The notes under the pieces were generated by a model that was given only the letters and a program-made list of their open reading frames with translations, was not told where the DNA came from and did no database searches. From an uncultured Oscillospiraceae bacterium (GTDB lineage: Bacteria > Bacillota > Clostridia > Christensenellales > Aristaeellaceae), in NCBI GenBank assembly GCA_964449655.1, contig CAYUZP010000003.1:1-43339 (forward strand): a stretch of 43,339 nt of DNA. Reading direction: 5' to 3'. This document shows, in pieces, positions 21,151-28,630 of this stretch. The translations under genes and the position numbers were made by a program. Positions within the stretch are counted from its first letter, which is position 1. Each line of letters opens with the position of its first letter.

Positions 21151-21180
21151 ATCATACCACAGACGACATCAAGAACGCAA
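21151..21180 (-). promoter_or_regulatory. candidate promoter of putP
   Basis: Minus strand: TTGCGT, 18-nt spacer, TGgTATGAT, then GGAGGGA RBS. Confidence 0.4.
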
Positions 21181-21281
21181 CACAGAACGATGTATAGACT
21201 TATCTCCGTACATATCACAGCCTTATGATCAAAAAATATAGAAAAACATGCATTTTTAAACCATACATTTGATGGATTAAA

Positions 21282-21872
21282 TCAGGGCAAAAATCCGCTC
21301 AAAAAAGAGGGAAGGACCTGCGCGGCATAATCGGTCAGCGAGTATTCCCCGCCGCACAGGCACCAGTCGTACATCAGCGCGCGTTCGCACAGCGCGTAGA
21401 TCTTGACCAGATCGCCCGCGCTGCGATTCGCGTTCAGCTCGCCCGACGATTGCCCTTCGGAGATGATGCGTCGAAGCAGGCGGTAATAGGTCCTGTCTTG
21501 GTTGAGCAGGTGGCGTTCGCCAGCGGTGACCAGCTGTGTGGACAGCAGACGGGCCAAAAGGTCGCGCGATACGCTGTTTTCGATCATGGCGAACAGCTCG
21601 CGGTTGAGAAACAAGAGCTGCGCCATCGCGCCCGGGATCTGCGGCAGGAGCGGCTGCAGCGACTCGTACTTCTCGTCGAACAGGTCGCTCAGCGTGCTCA
21701 GCAGCGCGTCCTTGCCGTCGAAGTAATGATAGAAAGAGCCGCGGGACGTGCGCGACTCCTCGATGATCTCCTCGATCGTGGTGTCCTCGTATCCCTGCTC
21801 ATAGAACAGCTTCCACGCGGCGCTGACGATGCGCGAACGCGTGTTGCGCACGCTCTTTTTGGCCATGGTCAT
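21282..21872 (-). CDS. TetR/AcrR family transcriptional regulator
   Basis: N-terminal HTH RIVSAAWKLFYEQGYEDTTIEEIIEESRTSRGSFYHYF. Confidence 0.9.
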   Translation of the reverse strand: MTMAKKSVRNTRSRIVSAAWKLFYEQGYEDTTIEEIIEESRTSRGSFYHYFDGKDALLSTLSDLFDEKYESLQPLLPQIPGAMAQLLFLNRELFAMIENSVSRDLLARLLSTQLVTAGERHLLNQDRTYYRLLRRIISEGQSSGELNANRSAGDLVKIYALCERALMYDWCLCGGEYSLTDYAAQVLPSFLSGFLP

Positions 21873-21953
21873 CCCTCCAGCATGGCGATTTTAAATCATT
21901 GTATCACGCAAAGACGCACAAAAGCAACCCCAAAAAACGCGTGAACCTTCGCA

Positions 21954-21982
21954 TTGGCAGCGCGGGAAAGCTGTGCTATAAT
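21954..21982 (+). promoter_or_regulatory. SigA-type promoter upstream of the Rrf2 gene
   Basis: TTGGCA (21954-21959), 17-nt spacer, TGcTATAAT (TATAAT 21977-21982). Confidence 0.55.
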
Positions 21983-22034
21983 CATGAAAAGGCACAGGGA
22001 CGATTGGTCGCGTCAGGCGGAAAGTGAGGCGGGC

Positions 22035-22517
22035 ATGAAGATATCGACAAGGGGGCGCTACGCGCTTCGCATGCTTCTGGACATCGCGCAGCAGGAGGGG
22101 AGCGGCTATATCGCGCTCAAGGACATCGCCGCGAGGCAGCAGATCTCCAAAAAGTATCTGGAGCAGATCGCCATGCAGCTCTCGCAGGCGGGCGTGCTCT
22201 TCGCCTCGCGCGGGCAGCAGGGGGGATACAGGTTGCAGGGGGAGCCTGGTGACTACACAGTTGCCGACATACTGCGCATCACAGAGGGGTCACTCAAGCC
22301 CGTCGCCTGCATGGATCAAAATCCGAACCCCTGTCAGCGCTGCGAAGGGTGCCTGACGCTGCCCGTATGGCAGGAGCTTGACCGGCTGATCGAAGAGTAC
22401 CTGTCTTCCATCACGCTCGCCGATGTACTCGCCGGGCGCGTCGATGGCAGGGACGCGGGTCAGCGGAAAAATCAGGGCAGTCAAATGCAGGAAAACGGGG
22501 AAGATGGACGAATTTAA
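22035..22517 (+). CDS. Rrf2 family transcriptional regulator (IscR/CymR-like, Cys-rich)
   Basis: MKISTRGRYALRMLLDIA winged-helix N-terminus and a cysteine cluster ACMDQNPNPCQRCEGC. The upstream part of the ORF covers the promoter, so ATG 22035 was chosen. Confidence 0.9.
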   Translation: MKISTRGRYALRMLLDIAQQEGSGYIALKDIAARQQISKKYLEQIAMQLSQAGVLFASRGQQGGYRLQGEPGDYTVADILRITEGSLKPVACMDQNPNPCQRCEGCLTLPVWQELDRLIEEYLSSITLADVLAGRVDGRDAGQRKNQGSQMQENGEDGRI

Positions 22518-22550
22518 ACCCATGAGATCATAAGCGGGGAGGATAAACGC

Positions 22551-22883
22551 GTGAGCAAGAGCAAAAGGCGGCGCAGGGGCATCCATATCGGCTTTTTCAG
22601 CGGATTGGCGTGTGTGCTGGCGCTGGTCACCGTATTGGCCTACGCGAGGCTGCCCAAGCGCTCGGTCGGCCTTGAAAAGCAGGAGGAGCAGCTCAAGCTC
22701 GCAGCGCAGGCGTATTATGAGGCGCAGTCGCGCAACAATCAGCTCAAGCGCGAGCTTCTGGAGATCAATCAGGCGGACTTCATCGAGCGGACGGCGCGCA
22801 GGGATTACGGCTATTGCTGGTATGGCGAGATCATCTATGACGTGGACAACATCGAGGACATCGCATCCGCTATGGATGAGTAA
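22551..22883 (+). CDS. septum formation initiator family protein (FtsB/DivIC-like)
   Basis: 110 aa. Basic N-terminus, one TM helix, a coiled coil (LEKQEEQLKLAAQAYYEAQSRNNQLKRELLEI), then FIERTARRDYGY. GTG start after GGGGAGG. Confidence 0.72.
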   Translation: MSKSKRRRRGIHIGFFSGLACVLALVTVLAYARLPKRSVGLEKQEEQLKLAAQAYYEAQSRNNQLKRELLEINQADFIERTARRDYGYCWYGEIIYDVDNIEDIASAMDE

Positions 22884-22909
22884 ATGCACTAGAGAGCGGA
22901 GGGGACGGC

Positions 22910-23827
22910 ATGCGCCTTGGCTGTATCGGGATCGGCTCCAACGCCATCAGGCTGCTGACGGCGGCGTGGAACGGGGAAACGCTGCTTGACGAGCATCGCG
23001 AGCGCGTGGGGACGCGCCTTTTTTCGGGGCTGGTGAACGGCGCGCTGACCGAGGAGAGCATCGAATCCTCGCTTAGGGCCATCGCGGGGCTGACCGACAT
23101 GGCGCGAGAGGACGGCGTGCGGGAGCTGTTTGTATTTGCGACGAGCGCTGTGCGCGACGCGTCCAATGGCCTGCTGTTCACGGAGCGCGCCTCGCGGGTG
23201 TGCGGCGCGAATGTGGAGATCCTCTCGGGCGAGGAGGAGGCGGTGCTCTCCTATGTGGGCGCCAGCGACGGCGGCGTGTGCGGTGTGATCGACATCGGCG
23301 GCGGCTCCACGGAGTTCACATTGGGCGAGGGCGAGCGCGTCGATGGCGTCGTCAGTCTGCAGATGGGCGCTGTGCGCATGAGCGGCTTATGGCCGATACA
23401 CAGCGAGCGCGACTACGAAAACACGCTCAGCCAATGCGCGCAGATATTGCATACGCACGCGAAAGCGCTGCTTTCCCTGCCCAAGCGGGAGACATGGGCC
23501 GGTGTCGGCGGGACGATGACGACGCTGGGCGCGATGAAGATGCGCGTGCCGCTGTTCGATCCGCAGACGTGCGAGGGGATGTGCATGACGCGGGAAGAGG
23601 TCGCCTCGTGGGGCAGGAAGCTCTCGCGTATGCCGCTTGAGCAGCGCAGGCAGGTCGTGGGGCTGATGCCGCAGCGCGCGGACATCATGCCCAGCGGCAT
23701 CGCGATATTGGAATCGTCCATGCGCGAGTTCGGGATTGCCGCCCTTCGCCTGTCCGCGCACGGCAACATGGACGGGTATTTGAAGCTGAAGTTCAGACGC
23801 CTTTCGTCGGACGCGGCTGAGCGGTAA
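22910..23827 (+). CDS. Ppx/GppA family phosphatase (short, actin-fold-only form)
   Basis: IGIGSNAIRLL, ...ATSAVRDASNG..., DIGGGSTEF motifs of the Ppx/GppA ASKHA fold. Confidence 0.85.
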   Translation: MRLGCIGIGSNAIRLLTAAWNGETLLDEHRERVGTRLFSGLVNGALTEESIESSLRAIAGLTDMAREDGVRELFVFATSAVRDASNGLLFTERASRVCGANVEILSGEEEAVLSYVGASDGGVCGVIDIGGGSTEFTLGEGERVDGVVSLQMGAVRMSGLWPIHSERDYENTLSQCAQILHTHAKALLSLPKRETWAGVGGTMTTLGAMKMRVPLFDPQTCEGMCMTREEVASWGRKLSRMPLEQRRQVVGLMPQRADIMPSGIAILESSMREFGIAALRLSAHGNMDGYLKLKFRRLSSDAAER

Positions 23828-23834
23828 AGCCGCT

Positions 23835-23873
23835 TGGGCGGGCGCGGTGGGGACCGCAGAGCAAAAAGCCGCG
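23835..23873 (+). repeat. 39-nt repeat, copy 1 (perfect inverted partner at 40828-40866)
   Basis: TGGGCGGGCGCGGTGGGGACCGCAGAGCAAAAAGCCGCG, checked base by base against the reverse complement of 40828-40866. Confidence 0.95.
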
Positions 23874-23919
23874 GATATGGCAAAGCCGCGGCAAAAGCGT
23901 TGAGCCCGGGCGGAAAGAC

Positions 23920-23952
23920 AAAAAAGCGCGCCCATCGTTTGGACGGACGCGC
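23920..23952 (-). terminator. intrinsic terminator after the PadR operon
   Basis: Minus strand: GCGCGUCC-(11-nt loop)-GGGCGCGC followed by TTTTTT, 5 nt after the stop of the 76-aa gene. Confidence 0.7.
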
Positions 23953-23957
23953 CTTAT

Positions 23958-24188
23958 TTATGCCCTTGTGAGGTCGCGCTCTATGCGCGCGCTGTAGCGG
24001 CACACGAAGCCCAGCACCACCACGATCAGGAAGAGTATGCGGATGTACTTTGACATCAGCAGCGCCACGAGCACGTAGAGCAGGGGCAAATCGGCGACCA
24101 GCTCGTGCGGGGAGGAGACGATCAGCCGCATCTGCAGGATTTGATTGAGCGCATTGAGCAGGTTTTGCTTGATGGTTTCAAAATCCAC
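23958..24188 (-). CDS. small membrane protein, DUF4342-like (paralog of the upstream 63-aa gene)
   Basis: 76 aa. An amphipathic N-terminus, then LIVSSPHELVADLPLLYVLVALL...FLIVVVLGFVCRYSARIER. It aligns with the 63-aa neighbour. Confidence 0.6.
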   Translation of the reverse strand: MDFETIKQNLLNALNQILQMRLIVSSPHELVADLPLLYVLVALLMSKYIRILFLIVVVLGFVCRYSARIERDLTRA

Positions 24189-24200
24189 GTGATCCCCTCC

Positions 24201-24392
24201 TCATCTCTTGACGACGCGCACGCGCATACCGAAAGCGATGATCAGCAGCGTGGTGATGGCGGCCAGCGTCAGACTGGCGATTGCGGCGAGCACGACGAGC
24301 CACAGCGGCGCTTTGACATAGGTCCTGCCCGTTCCCTCAATGATGAGGTCACTGCCGATGACGATGCTCAGCAGATCCTTGATTCTGTCCAT
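24201..24392 (-). CDS. small membrane protein, DUF4342-like
   Basis: 63 aa: DLIIEGTGRTYVKAPLWLVVLAAIASLTLAAITTLLIIAFGMRVRVV. It lies 18 nt after the DUF4097 gene stop. Confidence 0.6.
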   Translation of the reverse strand: MDRIKDLLSIVIGSDLIIEGTGRTYVKAPLWLVVLAAIASLTLAAITTLLIIAFGMRVRVVKR

Positions 24393-24410
24393 GTTTCGCG
24401 CCTCCTCGCC

Positions 24411-26090
24411 TCACAGCCTTGTGATCGTCAGGCTGCCGGACATCGTGTCCATGTGGATGGGCAGCGCGCAGGTGCCGTAGCGATTGGGGCCGAACTCGTT
24501 CTCTATCGAGCCACTGGTGCCGGACAGCTCCGCGACAAAACCGCGTATGTCGGCGGGCAGCGCGAGATGCGCGTCGCCTGAAATCGTGCTGAGCTGTATC
24601 TTGCGCATGGGCGTGACGGTGCAGAGCAATTCCATATCGCCCGAGACCGTCGAGGCCTCCCAGTCGTCCGCTGCGCCCTTGATGTGCATATCGCCGGAGA
24701 CGCAGTCCACATCGACCTTGCCCGCGTCACAGGAGATGAACTGTTCGCCGGAGACGGTGTTCACGCTGATCGCCTCCACGCACGCGCTGACCGTCACGTT
24801 GCCGGAGACCGTCGAAACCGAGATCGCCTTGGCTCTGCAGCGCGTATCCGTCTCAAGGCGCACATTGCCCGATGTGGAGCTGATCTTCACCTCGTCCGCG
24901 TCCACGCCCTGCACATCGATATCGCCGGATGTGGTCGTAAGCGCATAGTCGGCCGCGTACCCGCGCGGCACATGAACGACGATCTCCCCACCCTCTTTAT
25001 TAAAGACCGAGAAGAACGTCTTGAACACGTTCGGATTCGGCCTGCGGATGGTCAGCGTGTGCCCTTCGCGCTTGATGATGGGCTTGTTTTCCTCGCTGAT
25101 GCCGGACCAGTGCACGCTGAGCTCCAGATCGTCCGATGGCTTGATGATCACGTCATCCTCGTCCACCTTGATATCGATCGCGCGCAGGCCCGTGGAGGGG
25201 AATGTGACCTGGCCTTCTGTGCTGGTCTGGCCCTCGCCGGCGGCTTCCTGCGCGTCACGAACCATGTCGTCCACCGCTTGGGAGAACGCCTCCGGGTCAA
25301 GCTCGCCATCCGCGTTGATCGCGTCGTTCACGCTGGTGTGCGCAGACGCGCCGCTGTCCGCCTGCTTTTCAAGCGTTTCAGCCATCTGTTCAAGCGTCCT
25401 GGCGCCCTCCGCGTCGCCTGAGACCTCCTTGAGCTTGGCCTGCGCGCGCAATGTCGCGGCCTCCTGGCGCAGATCCTCGCTCGTCTTTTCCACCCCGCCC
25501 GGGGCGTCGTTCTTCTTGCCAAAGTCGATGGTGATCTCGCCCTCCGAGGTGTCGTTCTTCTTGCCAAAGTCGATGACGATCTCGCCCTTCTTGCTGGAGA
25601 GACGGTCGATGGCCTCGTTCGCGGCGTTTTGCGCGTCCTTCATGCCCTTGCCTACAGCCTTGCCCAGCCCGTCTAGAGCGCTGTCTAGCTGCTTGGCCAG
25701 CTTCTTGGCCTGCGGCGCGATCTGCTTGCCGAGATCGTCAAGCGCTGTAAACGCCTTGTTCAGCGTGGCGCCCAGATCGGTGTCGCTCTTGAGCGTGTCG
25801 GTGGGCTGCTCCGTCGCCGCGTCCTGCTGCGGCGCTTCCTCGTGCGGGGGCTGCTTGGCCGCCTCTTCCTCCCGCGCGTCCCCGTTCATCTCCAGAAGCA
25901 GCGCCTGCACATCGCCCAGGGAAGCGGCGACCTCGGCAAACGCGTCCTCCTCGCTGCGGCCCTGCCTTACGGCGTCCTCGTAGCGATCCTGCGCGTTGGC
26001 CATCAGCTCGTCGCGCAGCGCGAGGTTCTCCGCCGTCATCTTCATATTGGAAAAGATCTCGTCGATCAAACTGCGAATTCGCTTGTTCAT
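24411..26090 (-). CDS. fusion protein: PadR-associated DUF1700/HAAS-like N-terminal helical domain, long acidic linker, and C-terminal DUF4097 (LiaG/YvlB-like) beta-helix
   Basis: N-terminus MNKRIRSLIDEIFSNM...RYEDAVRQGRSEEDAFAEVAASLGDVQALLLEM. The C-terminus carries repeated (T/V)SG(D/N)(I/V/M)x(V/L) rungs (TSGDIDVQG, TSGNVRLET, VSGNVTVSA, VSGDMHIKG, VSGDMELLC, ISGDAHLAL, MSGSLTITRL). The start ATG shares one base with the PadR stop (TGATG). Confidence 0.8.
   Translation of the reverse strand: MNKRIRSLIDEIFSNMKMTAENLALRDELMANAQDRYEDAVRQGRSEEDAFAEVAASLGDVQALLLEMNGDAREEEAAKQPPHEEAPQQDAATEQPTDTLKSDTDLGATLNKAFTALDDLGKQIAPQAKKLAKQLDSALDGLGKAVGKGMKDAQNAANEAIDRLSSKKGEIVIDFGKKNDTSEGEITIDFGKKNDAPGGVEKTSEDLRQEAATLRAQAKLKEVSGDAEGARTLEQMAETLEKQADSGASAHTSVNDAINADGELDPEAFSQAVDDMVRDAQEAAGEGQTSTEGQVTFPSTGLRAIDIKVDEDDVIIKPSDDLELSVHWSGISEENKPIIKREGHTLTIRRPNPNVFKTFFSVFNKEGGEIVVHVPRGYAADYALTTTSGDIDVQGVDADEVKISSTSGNVRLETDTRCRAKAISVSTVSGNVTVSACVEAISVNTVSGEQFISCDAGKVDVDCVSGDMHIKGAADDWEASTVSGDMELLCTVTPMRKIQLSTISGDAHLALPADIRGFVAELSGTSGSIENEFGPNRYGTCALPIHMDTMSGSLTITRL
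25506..25595 (-). repeat. 2 x 45-bp in-frame tandem duplication inside the DUF4097 gene
   Basis: Units 25506-25550 and 25551-25595 share the first 25 nt and a further 11-nt block. They encode (E)IVIDFGKKNDTSEG / EITIDFGKKNDAPGG. Confidence 0.9.
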
Positions 26091-26521
26091 CAAGAAATCG
26101 CCTCCTGTTCGCTTTTTTGTGCCGCGGAGCCGCAAGACCCCGCATTCGCCGCGTCAGCGTCCAATTCGTCCTCGCAGCGCGCATCCTTCGCCTTGGGCGG
26201 ATCGATCAGTTCGGAGATCATCGCGCTGTAGTGCCGCCATTCGTCGCGGTTCTCCTCGTACAGCTTTCGGCCCGCGTCCGTCAGATGGTAATAGCGCCTG
26301 CGCGCGCCAATGGTCTCATCGCCCCAATAGGACTCGACCATGCCCGCTGTCTCCAGGCGGCGGAACGTCGTGTACAGCGTGGCTTCCTTGAGACGCATCT
26401 CCCCGCCTGCGATCTCCTGCACGTTCTTGCTGATCAGGTAGCCATAGCTGTCGCCTGACGCGAGCTGCGCGAGTATGATCGTATCGGTGTAACCACGCAA
26501 AATGTCTGAACAATTGAACAT
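26090..26521 (-). CDS. PadR family transcriptional regulator
   Basis: TDTIILAQLASGDSYGYLISKNV...LYTTFRRLETAGMVESYWGDETIGARRRYYHLTDAGR. ATG 26521 was chosen because ATG 26542 lies inside the -10 element. Confidence 0.9.
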   Translation of the reverse strand: MFNCSDILRGYTDTIILAQLASGDSYGYLISKNVQEIAGGEMRLKEATLYTTFRRLETAGMVESYWGDETIGARRRYYHLTDAGRKLYEENRDEWRHYSAMISELIDPPKAKDARCEDELDADAANAGSCGSAAQKSEQEAIS

Positions 26522-26542
26522 CTCATCACCTCCGATGTCCAT

Positions 26543-26571
26543 AGTATATCACAGCATACCTCGCCTGTCAA
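26543..26571 (-). promoter_or_regulatory. SigA-type promoter of the PadR operon
   Basis: Minus strand: TTGACA (26571-26566), 17-nt spacer, TGaTATACT (TATACT 26548-26543). GGAGGTG RBS follows. The 8-nt palindrome AATATATT (26570-26577) overlaps the -35. Confidence 0.6.
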
Positions 26572-26664
26572 TATATTAATTACCCTATCGATAACCATAG
26601 CAGACGGCCTTGGAAAGAGGAAGAAGGCGGCGTGGGCAGTGCGCGCGAAAACCGCTTTTTCCCA

Positions 26665-26694
26665 TTGACGCGCGGCGCGAATCGGTTTTATAAT
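26665..26694 (+). promoter_or_regulatory. candidate promoter of the 570-aa secreted-protein gene
   Basis: TTGACG (26665-26670), 18-nt spacer, TATAAT (26689-26694). Confidence 0.5.
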
Positions 26695-26749
26695 GGTAAA
26701 AGTGGAGACGATTTCGTGCTCCGCGTGACATGATGAGGAGGAGATTTGG

Positions 26750-28462
26750 ATGAAGAGATTTACATGCCTGGCGCTCGCGCTCTGCCTTTTTCTGACGGCA
26801 CCGATGGCGCTTGCGCAGGAACAGATTGGCGGCGCGAGGCCCATGATCGGGATATCGATCGTGCATAAGGAGGAATACGTACCGGGCGAGCAGGCAAAGT
26901 CCCTGATCAAAGACGCGCTGAAGCAGGGCAATGTGCTGATCGGGGATGTTCACATGGACATCGACATGGATCCCGAGACCGTCGCGCGGCAGTCGGAGCC
27001 CAATATGGACGAGGAGGAGCTGGCAAAGTACATCCAGAAACTCACGACGGCCGAGCAGCTGCTCAACCGGCTGGTTCAGAGCGTCGGAATCGGCGTGCTG
27101 GAAAACGGCGTGCGCCTCGTGCTTGATCTTTCGGTGCGGGAAGGCGAGAAGAGCGCGGGGTTTGATGTCGCGCTGAACGTGACGACGGATGGGCTCAGCA
27201 TCGAGAGCAACCTGATGCCGGGGCAGCGTCTCGTCGCCTCCTGGCAGGAACTCTATTCGATCTTTGACTTCCTGATTGAAACGCCCGCGCTTTCGGACAT
27301 CGATTGGGACGCGGCGGTCGACGCGATTTCGACGCAGGTGCTTGACATCATCAAGCAGGCGGTCGCGTGGGCAGGCCCGTATATTCATATCCTCGCGGAC
27401 GACGCGCAGGATTGGAGCGTATCGGTCAAGAAGGATGTGCCCGCGCAGGGGTACTATCCGGCGGTCGATGAGCAGGTCAACGTCACGATCACATCCGGCA
27501 ATCTGGCGAAATTGTTTTCGGACATCGCGGCGCAGTTTGATCAGGACCCGGAGTTTGACGCGCTGGCGCTTTCCCTGGGCTTCGAGAATGTGTACGATTT
27601 GAGGGAAGAGATCGCCGCGGGATTGCAGGATATCGTGGGCTGGTTTGAGTCAAAGGACATGATCGGTGCGCTCGTCCTGGGATATTCCGATGAAAGCGCT
27701 TACCTCGTCGGGGAACTGGATGTGAACGGCACGCCGGAGGTTGTGGGCAGCCTGACGCTCGACGGGGAGGATCCCTACGCGCTCAGCGTCGATCTGTTTG
27801 GCGTTGAGGACGACGTCATTGCCGACCAGCTCTCCTTGTCGTTCCTGTACAGCGAGGAGGGGGAGACGAAGGACTGCGAGGTGCAGTTCGTCTCCGGCAA
27901 GGACGGTGAGCAGCACATCGAATACCATCTGACGAACACAGGCGCGCCGGAGACGAGCGAGGAAGGCCAGATGGCCTGGCGCGATACGACGGACGCGGAG
28001 ATGACCGTGACCACATCGGATGAATTGTACGCGAAAATGCACGGCGAGGGCCTTTCAGCGCTGACGGTTGGCGGCGGGGAGAACTACCGCGGCGATATGA
28101 ACATCGACGTGACGCTGGATGGACAGACGATTTCAGTCCCTGTGAACGGGTCATGGTGGATCGAACCGGCAGGCGAGGGCGTCGAGGGCGAGTATGAGAT
28201 ACTCGCGGACTTTAGCGCATTGGGCACAGGGCTTCAGTCGTTCGGCTTCTCGGGCGGTCTGCACACGGAAAACTACAATCCGGCCACGATCAATGGGCTG
28301 GAGCCGATCAACATGGCCCATGGGACAGAGGAGGAGTTTAACGAACTGTACTACAGCGTCGAGCTCGGGCTGATCACGCAGACCATGCGGATACTCAATC
28401 TATTGCCCGAGGACATGTTCAGCGATTTGGTCAAGGATGTTTTAAACCGTTTTGAGTATTGA
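26750..28462 (+). CDS. secreted, strongly acidic protein of unknown function
   Basis: 570 aa. Signal peptide MKRFTCLALALCLFLTAPMALA/QE. The mature part is rich in D/E and I recognise no motif. GAGGAGG RBS. Confidence 0.8.
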   Translation: MKRFTCLALALCLFLTAPMALAQEQIGGARPMIGISIVHKEEYVPGEQAKSLIKDALKQGNVLIGDVHMDIDMDPETVARQSEPNMDEEELAKYIQKLTTAEQLLNRLVQSVGIGVLENGVRLVLDLSVREGEKSAGFDVALNVTTDGLSIESNLMPGQRLVASWQELYSIFDFLIETPALSDIDWDAAVDAISTQVLDIIKQAVAWAGPYIHILADDAQDWSVSVKKDVPAQGYYPAVDEQVNVTITSGNLAKLFSDIAAQFDQDPEFDALALSLGFENVYDLREEIAAGLQDIVGWFESKDMIGALVLGYSDESAYLVGELDVNGTPEVVGSLTLDGEDPYALSVDLFGVEDDVIADQLSLSFLYSEEGETKDCEVQFVSGKDGEQHIEYHLTNTGAPETSEEGQMAWRDTTDAEMTVTTSDELYAKMHGEGLSALTVGGGENYRGDMNIDVTLDGQTISVPVNGSWWIEPAGEGVEGEYEILADFSALGTGLQSFGFSGGLHTENYNPATINGLEPINMAHGTEEEFNELYYSVELGLITQTMRILNLLPEDMFSDLVKDVLNRFEY

Positions 28463-28472
28463 CGCGCTTTGC

Positions 28473-28511
28473 GCGGCCTTATCCCGCTTGACCGGGGAGG
28501 CCGCCTTTTTT
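28473..28511 (+). terminator. intrinsic terminator after the 570-aa gene
   Basis: GCGGCCT ... AGGCCGC stem (7 bp plus an inner CCC/GGG) followed by C-TTTTTT. Confidence 0.65.
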
Positions 28512-28630
28512 ATCGCGTTCATAGATCGCGCGGGGCAACGCAGAAGGGCATACGCACACAGCGGCGCCAATTCGCCCTTCCCATAAGCGCGTTCATACGC
28601 TATAATAATAGAGCGAAGGAGGGATGGCCA

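Noticed and set aside
25506-25595. Possible CRISPR-like or minisatellite array
   Set aside because: There are only two units, they are directly adjacent with no spacers, and they are in frame inside a CDS. This is a coding tandem duplication.
28469-28630. 54-codon N-terminal extension of the ABC ATPase ORF, and similarly 29811-30179 for the first permease
   Set aside because: The extensions cover a terminator and the preceding gene respectively. Internal starts with strong GGAGG sites give family-typical N-termini.
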